Shown: positions 37,169 through 50,197, numbered from the stretch's first letter. The stretch: DNA of 64,000 nucleotides from Octopus sinensis (GCF_006345805.1 NC_043002.1:78120001-78184000); one strand, 5' to 3'. Numbers and translations: made by a program. The notes: generated from the sequence alone by a model not told the origin.

Positions 37169-40011
37169 GTACTAACTCACTTAGTTTGGCTTGGTTGCTC
37201 CAGTTAGTCGCCTTTTTTTTTTTATCCCTACCTTTCTGGTTTATCAAGATGCTAAATATTGATTACTTAAATTAAATTGATTACTTGAATTAAATTATCT
37301 AGAAACTTGACTAATTTTTTAATACATTAGCTTTCCTTAAAAATACACTTGATTTCAAAATGAAAAAAAAAAAAAGAAAACTATTACAAACCTTTTCTTC
37401 AACAATAAATCTATTTTTGGCACAGTACTTTGAAATGTATCAGATAACGGAAACTGTACAGTTCTCTAGGGTTATTAACGAAATTAAGTTATTGGTAGAA
37501 TCTAAAGGTTTTCTGGGTCTCTATAGATTGCTGGTAAGATTGGCTGCACAGTTCATTGTTTACCGACTCTTTACAGATTGCTGGTAAGATTGACTGTATA
37601 ATTCATTGAAGCCCTTTCATTATCAGAATGGGTCAGTTAACTACTGTCATCTTTGATTGTTCACATGGTGAGGCTCTATCAAGAGATTCATAGTTCATTT
37701 CCATTTGAATGCATTTCTTCAATCTAACTATACTCATTTAGTGAAGACATGAATAAGTTTTCAAAGTCATTCATGTCCAGTACTAACTATTTTATCTTTT
37801 GAAGCATCAGTCATTTTTTCTAATTGAAAATGTTCCTCCTACTGAATATTTTTGTAGGATGTTTATGTGTGGATATATAACATTATAAAGGCTTTACAAA
37901 AGCATAGCCTTTACTTACAGTGTGGTGAGTTATAGGCAAGTAGGCCAGTTTGATGTAGGCAAGTTTGGATAAATAGCCATTTACATACATATTGATGAAA
38001 CCATAAACTCTCTTTAAAACAAGGAAAACATTGACGTAAGTGTTAAAAAAAGAAGGAACTGAAGTATCTGAATATTTTTAGTACTGATGTTAAACTTATC
38101 TTCTAACTGGAGTAAAGTAAATGTACCATTACTACAATTTCATTTACTAAGCTGATATCAGTGTAGCTTTGTTGCTATGGTATCAAGGGAGGCTGAACTG
38201 CTATAAAAATTTTGGAATTTCGAGAGAGATTGAGATGCTCTTAGTACAGTTCTTGTAATCATCTGATGAAGTATTTTTTGAGAAATAGCTTATCAGGACA
38301 AATTTTAAATGCTGTAGACTGAAAAAGATCAATTTGAATTTTATCAAGTAAATATCATTTGTAACATTTTTAAAAGGCTTTCACTTTATTACATACTATA
38401 TGGTGTTGTAGTAACTTAGTATCTCCTGAAATCTAGTGTATTTTTTCCCCTTTAAGCTCATTTTTCAAACATACCAAAGTTTTATGTGATAAAACGAATC
38501 TGCAGAAAACACATAGGTTGCCGTGTTAAAAAGATGTTTGAAATCTATTTTAGCATCAATTAGAAACTGCAGCAACTGAGCTGGACATCTATCCACCTAG
38601 AATCATGTTCTATTTGTAGAAATTGGTCTTAAAACAGCAGCTTCACATGTCTCAATGTTTAGTTTAACTTCTGTTTTTTGACTGGTTTAGCTTTTTTTCA
38701 AGCATTTGTTTTCACTTTTTAGTTTTATTTAGAGTACACATCCTTAATTTTAGCATTTGATGATTGGTATCATCTGGGAAAATAGGCAGACCGTAACATA
38801 TTTCATTGTTTCAAAAGTTATTACCCGCTGGTCTCAATTTAATGAGGTACATACAGTTACTAGAATGTTCAAAAATCTATCATCTGTACACAAATTGGCA
38901 GTATTAGAGTACCTTCCTACCATCTTGAATGCAGATACTTGAGTTTTGTTTAATTGCTAAATTAATAGCTGTTTGTTCTTTATTTTGTTGCTGTGTGAGC
39001 TTATACTAGAATTTAAACAAAAATTTTCCATCTCTTTTCTCAATCTCTGCATGACTGTGTTGTGCTGGGAAGCAAATTACATTTAAGTCCACTATCAAAC
39101 AATCAACTTGTTTCATAGAAGAGAACAGAATATAATGTGTAGTAGTAAATGATTTCAATCTGGGATAGAAGTTTGTTAATTTCCAGAGGATATTAGGAAT
39201 ATACATGAACTGTTAAATCAAAGCCTTCAAAAATTAGATCCATTCATCAGTAGTTAGTAATAATTTTTTTTATATTAGGCATTAAAATTCTAGAGGGGAG
39301 CAAGTGAACTATATTTCAAGGGCATTGGCTACATATTTGAAATGATTCCAAATAGAAATCCAATCTAGGATGTGCTCTTGATTCATCAAGTATCCTGTAT
39401 CACATTAAAATGGTCACCCCCACATAGAGAGTAGCTGTTTTCAACAACCACTAGTATTAGCAACAATAAATAACACCTGGAAAATTTTCAGGTAGAAAAA
39501 TTCCCATGGCTAAAGTGTTAAATGGTAAGTTGTTGTTGATTTGTTATCCCAGAGTTGCTTGATTCCTTAAATGTTTTAAAAGCTTTTGCAAACTTTGAAT
39601 GTTTGGTTGAAGTATTACCAGTGCTAGCAGAGATCTGCACTTATTTCCTTGCAGTTGCAAAACTCATGTCATTTGCACAATAACCAAACAAATGCACTAT
39701 TTATATTAAATTTCTTTATATAATTAAAATATTCTTGTATGAAAGTTTTCGTTACAAATATAAATATATTAATATATGTTTTTTAAAAATAAAAACTAAT
39801 TTTCTTTTTAAAAATTCCTCTTAAAGAATGTAATTTTAATGGATCAGAATTTCCTTATACAGAGTTTTACAATTTTTTATAAAATGAAAAATAAATACAA
39901 AAGCAAAAGTGCTCATTTAAAAAAAAAAAACCTTGTAATTTCAAAATTAAAATTGCCTAAATGTTTTGAATCTTGGGATAGGGTTAAAGTTAAATTTATT
40001 GACTTCTGCAG

Positions 40012-40119
40012 ATTCAGTATCACAGTGACTTTGAAAAGCAGAAAGGGTCTGCAGCGAAAATGACAGCAGATTCTATCGAGATGAAGAGACATCTGGAAAA
40101 TGCCAAGAATGCCAGCATG
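40012..40119 (+). CDS. Lasp: Lasp internal exon, nebulin repeat N7 (IQYHSDFEKQKGSAAKMTADSIEMKRHLENAKNASM), 108 nt, phase 0-0
   Basis: ttctgcAG|ATT acceptor, ATG|GTACTG donor, 36 open codons. Confidence 0.82.
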
Positions 40120-40774
40120 GTACTGAGTGTTGTCTTGCTCACTCAGCTTCATTACTGTCCATTCATCATCATTTCCATCTTAATTTAGCATACATACAAC
40201 AGGAGCTAAGTTTAGACTTCTAAATTCCCATCTAATTTTCAAATATAGTAATTTAGCCCTTCTCATTTTGAAGTTTGATGTTTTTTTCCCCCCTTTCAAA
40301 GTGTCTACTTGCATAATTTATTTTTATTTTAGGAATCATTTTCTTCAAAACTAACAGGGATTATCTAATAATTTTATGATCTTATTTAATGCTATTTGGA
40401 TTATTTTAAATCTTTTATAACTTGATTCTTAGGTTTATGATTTCATAAATTTGACCATGTGATTGAGAAGTTGTGACTTTGTAGTTGTGACCCCCTCCTC
40501 TCTCCGTTGTGTGATACTTTGAGCAAAGTATCTTCTACCATAACATTAAGTTGATCAAAACCATATGAAGTAAGTTTGGTAGTGAGAAACTGTGAAGCCT
40601 ACTAGGTTTCTGTGTGTGCATGTGAGATGGTCAAATTTAGTACATCAAATGAAAATACTTCACCATATTAGTTCCACCCTGTCAGGATCCACTTAGCTTA
40701 ATAGTACAGAGCACTCAGCTGTTATCTGAGAGGTGACAGGGTTTGATTCTCTATAGCCACCTGCTGGCAACTTT

Positions 40775-40985
40775 TTAAGGCACTGAGCTGGCAGAATTGT
40801 TAGTTGATCTGGCAAAATGCTTAGAAGTATTTTGGCTATTTTCACATTCTGAGTTTAAATTCTGTTGATGTCAGTTTTGCCTTTCATTCTTTCAGGGTTG
40901 ATAAAATAAGTACCAGTTGAGCACTAGGGTTGAGTAATTGACTATCTCCATCCCCTAAAACTTAAGGCCTTGTGCCTATAGTAAA
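40775..40985 (+). mobile_element. Degenerate family B SINE
   Basis: GAGCTGGCAGAA...GAGTTTAAATTCTG...GCCTTTCATTCTTTCAGGGTTGATAAAATAAGTACCAG. Confidence 0.7.
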
Positions 40986-42646
40986 AAGGAATATTAGTTG
41001 CTCTCAAGTTATGCCCCTTCATGCCAAGGTCAGTTTGTCTTTTGATTCTCTACAAGGTCACTAAAAATAAGCACCAGATAAAATATTAGAAACTAAAACT
41101 CTTGAAAGTGGTACCATAGTACAACTGCAGTTCAGTCACCAAAACTAATAAAAAAAAAATAAACAGCTCCTGTTGTTAGACTACATGTTCATTTTTTTTT
41201 TTTGTTTTAGTCATCATTCTTTTGTAAAAACTCTCTGAAAATTTTTGAAAAATTATAGCAATAAAAATGAAAGAAAAATAAGTTAGTGGGGAAAACAATT
41301 TCTTCTAGATTTCATTCCTTATTATATTATAGGACCAATAATGTATTGGAAAAGCTAAACTCAATGGCTGCAAACAGTGTCTGGTTTCATTTAAGATCAT
41401 TAGATTGTCACTAAGTATGTTTTAAGAGCTGAAACTGACATAACTGGAGTCAGTTATGACCGTAAGGTCAGCATTTCCATGACATAACTGATGAGGTTTT
41501 CTACTTAAGTGAAACCTTTTGATAGGAGAGAGTGGGAGAGAGAGAGAGAATCTTATATTATGCAACTGATAATATCTCTCCAAGTGATAATAATACACAT
41601 CAGACACATATGTATACAGGTATAGTGCTAATATCCAAGTATTTTGTATATTTCTGGAAAAGGAGAGTAGGTGGGAGACGGTTAGGTATCTACCAATAAT
41701 AGCACAGTTGATGAGAAATATTGTTTTTTTTTTTTCTTCTTTGTTCCTTAGTGGCAGTTCATATCTTGTTTATTTTATGTACATATTTACTCTGAGTGGG
41801 CCAATCCATCAATTTGCCATTTTTGTACTGGAAAGAAGATCATACTTCAAGATATATATATAATTTGCAGACACAACCAGTTGAAAGATCTGCATGTTAG
41901 ATATTGGTAGCACTTTGTATATGATATGATATGGTGTCTTGCTTTGTTTTTAAAATTCAGGCTTCCCTTTTTAAATAGTATTTTAAATAATTACCCTCTT
42001 GTTATTTTTGTTCCTTATTAAGATGGTTTTGTTTCCTTTACTGTGAAACAGTATGTGGCTTTGACTCCAAAGAGTTAATCCTATTTTAACTATTTCATTT
42101 GATTAATCTCTGTGAATTAAATAGACAAGTATTTATTTTAATGTTCAGATTTAGAAGCATTATCTTTGTTCAATTTAAAATCGCTTTAGACTATATTTAA
42201 TTTAATTTAATTAATATCTATTTCAAAAGAATTACATTTTCTATTAAGATGAAGTCATTTTAAGAAAACCATCACAGATTTTTGATGAAGAGTATCTTGA
42301 TTGCCATTTATGTATTGTGGTTGGTGGGGGATATTTCCCAGTTCTCATTAAAAATCTGTTGGGTATCGTCTACATGTAAGCCAGTCAGCTATATATCTCC
42401 AGTGTTTATATACTTTTCTTATTTATGTATCTCAAATTATAACCATAGTTTTTAAGAATAACTGGATTATTGTTCTATTCTCTCATTTCAAAAAGCTTAT
42501 TAGTAGTTTTAGGAACTTGGAAGTGTTAAATTAATTACTTGTTTCAGTATGGGATTAAGCCTTTTGATACCATATTTCTGTTGAGATGCTCTGTGTTTCT
42601 TTCAATAAATTTTAAATATAACAAAGAATTTAGTAAAATAACTTAG

Positions 42647-42780
42647 TTATTAAGCTAGTGTTAGGAACATAAATTGGGACTAAAGTTTGGTGGAAGATTT
42701 TAATTCAAAACTTTTGAAAACAAGACATTTGTACTACAGAACCAGAGGCAGTTTCAGGCGGGTTGTTATAGAAGGGTTAA
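42647..42780 (-). mobile_element. TTAA-end MITE fragment (family 2), inverted relative to the 25546 copy
   Basis: Reverse complement shares CTGAAACTGCCTCTGGTTCTGTAGTACAAATGTCTTGTTTTCAAAAGTTTTGAATTAAAAT with the 25546 copy. Confidence 0.7.
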
Positions 42781-44872
42781 TTTCAGAAACCACATTGCTT
42801 CTCCGCCACCAAATAATTAATTGAATGCTGGTGTTGTTTAGATAAGCTCTTGTATGTTGTAAGTCCAAATCCTATCTGGGTTGATTTTTACCCGACACTC
42901 TTCTAAGGGCAGTCAAATAAAAATTCATTTGATTAAATTTAAAGACACCTTCAAATTTGGGGTTTGTGCTAATGTTAGAAGTGAATGTTATTGGTTTAGA
43001 TGGAGGGAAAAGGGTGTCATTCAAGACCATTGCAGAACCTGTCCTGGCCTGCTGGGGTTGACATGGGTAAGTTTTGGTTTGAATTTCTGTTATTTGGAGA
43101 TATCGAGTGAAGGATTTTTAGGTATGAGACAGTAGGGATGATAAGAAGTGAAAAGGCATCTACTTGAGGTAGATTTGAGTAGTGGTAATATCGAGAATGT
43201 TAGCTCAGAGAAGTAGAGGTTATTGTAGTAGTAGATAGTTAGTTATCTCTGTGCCATGAAGTTGCACCAAAATCTCGCTAACCAGCTCTGTTTTCTGCCA
43301 TTGTTCTGGTCTCATTCCAGCTTCTTCACCCTGCTTGTCTCCTTTCTTTGTCAGTGGTCCTTTGCCATGTGGTTTTAGGGCACTCTGTTGCTCTTTTCCC
43401 CACAGGATGTCACTTTGGTGCCACGATGCAATCACTTTCTTTATCTTGTCTGAGGACATGTCTAACCTAGTTCTAGTGTATGTGTGATAGGTAAACAGTT
43501 CTAGTTTATTGCCAGTCAATCAGATTACCTTTAAGGTGGGGTATGACCCTGCATATGTTGTAGCATCATCATCTTGCAGATAGGAGCAATGAGTCTTTGC
43601 TAATCTGCCAACTACTGGATATCAGTATGTGTATGTATGTTTGATAGTAAATTGTATTTTTCCCTCATTATTGAAATATTTCTGTATTTATAGTGGCTCA
43701 ATTCTTGAATCCTACTGATTTTTATTTATAAAGGTGCTTAATTACTTAATGTTTGAGTTTGGAGTCTGTAGCAAGGCTAAGCTTATGACTTTGTGCTCAT
43801 TTGGCACTCAGATTATTCAATCCAACCATTTGTGATGTACAAATAACTCTAGACTCTAAAGCTACCATAAAAACAACAGCATACAAACAAACCATTATTG
43901 GTACAAGACTTTAACAATAAATAAAAATCAAGAACGTTTTCATGGATATCTAATTTGTCCAATATCAAGGTAAAATGGAAAATACACAGCTGGTGGTATT
44001 ATAAACTAAAAACTCGGTAAAGATTCTAAATAATGCAATTTCTAATCTTATCAGAAAAGAATGACATAGCAGTTACTATTTTTATATATCTTAATTTCTT
44101 GAGAGCTGGGATTTTATTTTTGTGGCTGAATTTTTGCAGATGGGAAATCAAAGTGCAAATTCAAGCCGATTCAATTTTCCATTAAAAATGTTAGAAGAAA
44201 GTAAACTTGTGTTTGTGGTTAGTTGAATATGATATATGGTAACAGATTTTATTGAAATAAATTGTGGCATCTTAGATAATTGGTCTTCTGGTTTATATTA
44301 AGTTTAAAACTTGAATTTGTAATGAGTTAATTTTTGTTGGTTGTTTTTTCTTATGGTTATTATTAATATTTATTGACAGTATCTGATTACTAGAGAAGTG
44401 TAAAATGGGGTTTTAGAACCAAATACATGCATTAGCTTTACTTAATTCAGTTCATTTTTTGTAATATATTTATTGGAATTAGATTCAAGTGTTGTTAATT
44501 AGTCTTTGGTCAGCTCTGATTAAGTAGAACTACAATCAAAAATATTCCAACTGTGACTTGTGTATGTGTATAAATATATATATATTTATCTCCAGAACTA
44601 CATTGTTCCATGTGTCCTATTTTTGATATTCTAGGGTGATATTTAAGGGAATTTAGCTGTTATTACTTGCAGATTGAATGACTCGTAGTGCTTACCTCAT
44701 TGGCTCATAGATTCTAGTGTAGAGACATTTTATATTTTGTTTTCATAATGTAATAAACATTTTTGTTACAGGTATTCCTGAAGAACTCTGTAGTTAAAAT
44801 AATTCTTTTAATGACTCTGCCTATCTGTATATCTCATTGCAAATCCTGTCTGTTTTATTTGATACTCCACTT

Positions 44873-45025
44873 AGCCATGGCTTAGACAGAGGCATTGCTG
44901 TGTGGCTAAGAGTGGGTTCTGTCTCACTCTGCAACATCTTGGGGTGGTGCCTTCTTCAATTGCCTTGGGCTGGTCAATGTCTTGTGAGTGAATTTCACTG
45001 ATGAAAACTGTATTGATTCCATTGT
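44873..45025 (+). mobile_element. 5' part of a degenerate family A SINE
   Basis: Homology to the head and CTTGGG segment of the 8001 copy, ending in (TG)n(AG)n. Confidence 0.6.
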
Positions 45026-45454
45026 GTGTGTGTGTGTGTGAGAGAGAGCGAGAGAGAGAGAGAGAGAGAGAATGTTGATATTTGTTAAGCATATGAGCAA
45101 AGCAGTGTTGATATTGACATTTCTTGTTGACACTATTATCGATTACTCTATGCTTTTAAAGACTTGTGGAGTATAAAAATCCCTTACCCAAAAAATAGGT
45201 GAGGGTTGGTAACAGGAAGAGCATCTGGTTGTAAAATCCTGTGTTAAGATCGAGTCGTGTCAAGGTCATGTTAGCATGGAAAAATGGACACTAAAATTGA
45301 ACAAGCCATGTAATCAGTTTAAATCTTTATTACAGGTATTCCTGAACTTTCATAGCTGAAGTAACTCACTCTATCACCAATTCTGCCCATCTACATAGCT
45401 TTATTGTAAACCATATTCTGTATTTTATTGAGTTCTTCCTTATTTACCTTTCAG

Positions 45455-45629
45455 ATTAAATATCATGAAGATTTTGAGAAACAGAAAGGAAAACTCATCA
45501 CCATTGCTGATGATCCAGAATTGCAACGCATCAAGCAGAATACTCAGATTCAGAGTGAGATCAGCTATAAGGGTATCAAACAAACCCGGGATTTTATGGA
45601 ACAACGACGACCAGATCAAGCTGCTCAGG
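45455..45629 (+). CDS. Lasp: Lasp core nebulin-repeat exon (IKYHEDFEKQKGKLITIADDPELQRIKQNTQIQSEISYKGIKQTRDFMEQRRPDQAAQ), 175 nt, phase 0-1
   Basis: Strong polypyrimidine tract, tttcAG|ATT acceptor, CAGG|GTAACA donor. Closely resembles, from recall, the KYHxDFEK..KGK...VADDPE..RIKQNT..SxxxY segment of invertebrate Lasp. Lies within ORF 45428..45679. Confidence 0.92.
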
Positions 45630-46451
45630 GTAACAGATACCATTTCTTCTTGTTTTCAACAATGCACTTTCGTTTTTAATATTTAAATAATCCTGTTTAA
45701 TTTTGAGGGAGTTTTCTTATGGTGAGCAATAATATTGAATGGTTTAACATTGCTGACTTGCAATACACAGGGCTTTGTTCAAGTTCTTATTTCAAACATT
45801 CTATGTTATTACAACTCTATCAAACAAGCAAATAAAACTGAATAGTTTATCAAAACTCACAGTTTACGCCTATCTGCATCTTATGCACTATTCTGTCCAG
45901 TTTTGTTTGTTTGTTTGATAATGGAGAATAATAAAAAAAAAAAAAAAGCATTTTCTCTAAACTAAGAGAGTTAAATAATTTTTCTTTATACTACACCAGC
46001 AAAGATTGTAGCCCACTGGTAACAGCTAGTAAAAGTGTAAGCTTATATGTTGGGATGTGGGCTGTCATGTAACATTTAGCTACAGCACCTCCTCTATATC
46101 ATCTGCAACTCTGCACAGTTGCCATCTGTTTTGGTAGAATAAACCCTTGTCTGAGTAGGTTTGGAAGAAGAAAAAAAATTGACACTAAATGAAATGAAGT
46201 TGGTATCAATTTACAATTATACTGTTCGTATTAATACTAACAGTCTTATATTAGCATAAAGCCTAAGGTTTTTAGAGGAACTAAAAGGGAAGTTGTGATA
46301 TTCATGTTCTTTCCAAAACATTAAGTAGTGAAATAGTTCCAACTGGTTTTGTAAAGCTAAATCATGGACTTGGTATCTGTTTGCTACCAACTGTGGTATA
46401 TAAATGTGTTATTCACCTCTAAAATGGATTGAACTATTGAATCTTCCATAA

Positions 46452-46658
46452 CCCTTTAACATTGAGGTTACTCTCTGAAATGTAATGCTCATTTGTTCAC
46501 ATTGCTTTGAATCATAAGTTATCTTGTAGCTTGAGATTTTGACAGTGTGATTGTTTATTTTTAGAATGACATTATAGGATAGGTGTGAGAGGCCAGATCT
46601 GCGCTTTTTGAACATTAAACATTATGGGCAAGATATGGCCTGTTTAAATGCTAACGGG
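46452..46658. mobile_element. TTAA-type MITE family 1, degenerate
   Basis: CCCTTTAACATT ... AATGCTAACGGG termini, colinear with the 55267 copy. Confidence 0.6.
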
Positions 46659-48456
46659 GTAAGCTGTAGCCTCTACAATACCTGAAACAATAAACCAACT
46701 TTCAGTGACATAATTACAGTTGTAGCTTGCAATAAACCCTTTCATCATATATGAATTATAACAAATCAACTAAATATTTCTCTTTAATAAACCTGTTAAG
46801 AAATTTCCAATACTCAGAAAAATTCAAAATATTTTGAACACTGTTCTGTATTTAACCCTTTCATATCCTAGAATACCTCAATTAAATGAATACTTCAGTT
46901 TAAATAACCTTTTTATATTTTTACTCCACACCATGGCCTGCTTTTTTAACTGCTATCTCTATACAAGATCTGTCTTACAAGAGGTAATTTGGCTATGAAG
47001 GGGTTACTTTAGTTAAATGTTGACCTCTGTTTCCTTTTTGGCACTTGTGTGTTTCAACACTAATTCCTACATAACCTGATATTATTTTACTGTTTATATA
47101 TTGGAGCAAGCTTATTTTGTCTATATTTCGCTTTAAAATACTGTTATTATTTTGCCATACTCAACACCCAAATGGCAATAATTTTGATTTTATTTCAATA
47201 AAAAAAAAAACTGAAACAAATATTATTTTTAGTTTTCCGTCAAAAATAAATTTTCTGATTTTTTTTTTTTTTTTTTTTTTTTGTAAATTAAATTCCTAAA
47301 GAATATTTTCTTTTTTGATATTATAATATAATTTTTTTCATCATTATTTTTATTTTCGAAATTCAGACTAGCAAATTTGGGTGTTGATATTCTTTGCCAA
47401 TAAAGCTCAATTCATTGTCACCGTGATGTTAGTTGCATGTGTTACCTTCACCCCTTCCCCATTGTTTTAAGTACTCTCTGAAGCTTAATGTTATCCCAAA
47501 TCAAAAGATAAATTGCTACATTTCCATTGTTTGATCATAGTACTTTACTCTTCTTTCTGCTTATTAGTAATTACTGGTAGCCTTGAATTAACATGTTTAG
47601 CTTTATAGTTGGACTTAATTAATACTCTTGACTTGTATGTGGCCTGGCCTTGTCTCTCCTTATCTCTCACTTTCTGTAGCTAACATGTCTAGTGACTCGC
47701 AGTGTGGTTTTCTTCTCTTCTATTTCAGAAGCTATTAGATATTGTTTTAGGTAAAGTACAGCTTATAGCTTAGCAATTTGAAAGCGAGTTAGTGTGTGTT
47801 TGTGTCTGTCTCTTATTTTTTTGGACATTTCTTAAGTGTTACAGCCTTCAAACATAGATTTAGAATAGGCTATTATTTGAAGATTAAAATGCAGCTCATT
47901 GTGTGTGTGTGAGATAACTTACAAATTATCTAATGCATTAAATAATTGTAAAGAACATTGCATTCTTTTACTTTTTGCAATCATTGGACTGGTGCTATGT
48001 TGTGGTGCCATTTTCAAGGATCTTAGTCAATCGTATCAACACTAGTACTTCGGCTTGAGACATATTTTATTGATCTTTTTCTATCAAATGCCTGAATTGC
48101 CTTTCTGATATAAAGGGATGGAGCTTAACACACCAGTTTACATGAGTAAGCTTAAAATGGTGGGTAGGAGTTTCTCTCTCACACACACACATGTGTGTGC
48201 ACATGCATGCACACACATTTCCCTCCACACATACACATGACAGGTTTTTGTACAGACTCTATCTACCAAATTTCACTCACATGGCATTCATACAAAGACA
48301 GGATGGTCATAGCTGGAATGTCTCATAAGTCTTCTCTATTTGAACTGAGGAGGAGCTAAATATAATCAACAAGAATATACCATCCTGGGTTTTTTTTTAA
48401 TGTTTTTGCTCCTATACTCTTTTGTTAGTTCTTGAGATTGATTTATCTTGTCCAAG

Positions 48457-48504
48457 AAGAAAGTGACATAGAGCTAGCTGATCAAATAGAATATTTACAA
48501 ATTG
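48457..48504 (+). CDS. Lasp: Candidate Lasp linker cassette exon, 48 nt, phase 1-1 (EESDIELADQIEYLQI)
   Basis: tcttgtccaAG|AA acceptor (NAGNAG), TTG|GTAAAT donor, open in the frame set by the 45629 phase-1 junction, protein-like acidic composition. Confidence 0.55.
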
Positions 48505-49084
48505 GTAAATCCTCTGGAACTTGATATCAGTTTCCAGAAACAGTTCTGTACCATAGCCAAGAAGATTGGTTCATTCTACTTTAAGATTTGGCATTCATTT
48601 TCTGTTGAAAAACAGTGGTTTGAAACAACAGTTCTGTCTGTTAACCAGTCTCTTCGTAATTAAAACGGTTTGTTGGTTCTTCTTTCATCTTGAATAGATG
48701 TATTTAATAATAGTTGAAAGTAACAAGCACTCTTCTACAGAAAAACATTTATTTATATGGAGGCATAGACATTGTATAGAAGAGGTACATGGCTTAGTGA
48801 TTAGGGTGTTTGACTCATGATCATAAGATTACGGTTTCAATTCCGAACTGGGGGATGCATTGTGTTATTTAATAAAATGCTTCATTTCCTGTCCTTTCTA
48901 GGAAGGGGTATATATGCCAGAGAAACCAGGAAACTAGTCATATGCTCCTTACTGAGTAATCTGGACTAACCAATGTATTGAATAATTTTAATAAACAGAA
49001 ACTGGACAGACATCCATTATAATATATATGTGTCCTGCACCAATTTCGCATAGCCCATCCAAAGTACCTTGGATTGCAGAACGA

Positions 49085-49497
49085 CCTTGGATCATAGGGT
49101 GACCTGCTGTGCTTGAGGAGACCTATTGAGTCAAGTACATCAAAATAAATACCAAATCGAAATTGTAGTTATGATACCTGTACCGGTGGCACGTAAAAAG
49201 CACTATCCAAACGTGGCCGATGCCAGCGCCGCCGCCTTGACTGGCTTCTGTGCCGGTGGCATGTAAAAAGCACCAACCGATCGTGGCTGCTGCCAGCCTC
49301 CCCTGGCACCTGTGCCGGTGGCACATAAAAGGCACCCATTACACTCATGGAGTGGTTGGCGTTCGGAAGGGCATCCAGCTGTAGAAACACTGCCAGATCA
49401 GACTGGAGCCTGGTGCAGCCTCCTGACTTCCCAGACCCCAGTCGAACTGTCCAACCCATGCTAGCATGGAAAACGGATGTTAAACGATGATGATGAT
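49085..49497 (+). mobile_element. SINE-like repeat with RTE-type tail (same family as 3865)
   Basis: Three internal (T/A)CCGGTGGCA units and a GTTAAACGATGATGATGATG tail. Confidence 0.78.
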
Positions 49498-49815
49498 GTG
49501 TATGTGTGTATCTCTCTCTCACCATTTGATAGCCAGTGTTGTCTTGTTTACATTTCCTTAACTTAGTGGATTAGTAAAAAAGGGCATGACACAATGTGTA
49601 CCAAATTTTGAGATAAGTGCTAGGCTCAAATTGATTGAGTTACTACATGAAAGTGGTCCTCCAGAATGACCACAGTTCAGTGTCGGAGACCAGTAAAAAG
49701 AACAAAAGAATATTTTGTTCTATTTTTTAGTATTTTATATTCTTTGTAATAATTTTGACTTGTAGTCACTGAAATTTAGTTCTTTAAAACTTCTGAGAAG
49801 AATGTCCATATGTTA

Positions 49816-50197
49816 CTTTTTACTTGTTTCAATTATTGGACTGTGGCCATGCTGGGACACTACTTTGAAGGGTTTAATTGAACAAATGAAATCCAGTGCA
49901 TCTATTGGTTTCTTATACTGAACCACTCTGTTACAGGATGTGGACAAACACCAGTTGTCAAGTGGAGGCAGAGGTGGTAACACACACACAACATAATTAT
50001 TTAATATTCATGTTGCTGTGGGTTGGATGGTTTGATAGGGTCTAATGTGTGCAATGACTGCACCAAACTCCAATATCTGCTTTGGCACGGTGTTTTAAAG
50101 GCTGGGTGCCCTTCCTAATGCCAACCACTTTACATGCTGTAAAGTGGTTGGCATTAGGAAGGGTATTGCACGCACACATGCATGTGCGCACACACAA

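Noticed and set aside
42881-43620. GC-richer minus-strand segment with a 99-aa ORF, possibly LINE ORF1/endonuclease
   Set aside because: Motif matches are too weak to assign by eye; needs a Dfam/Repbase search.
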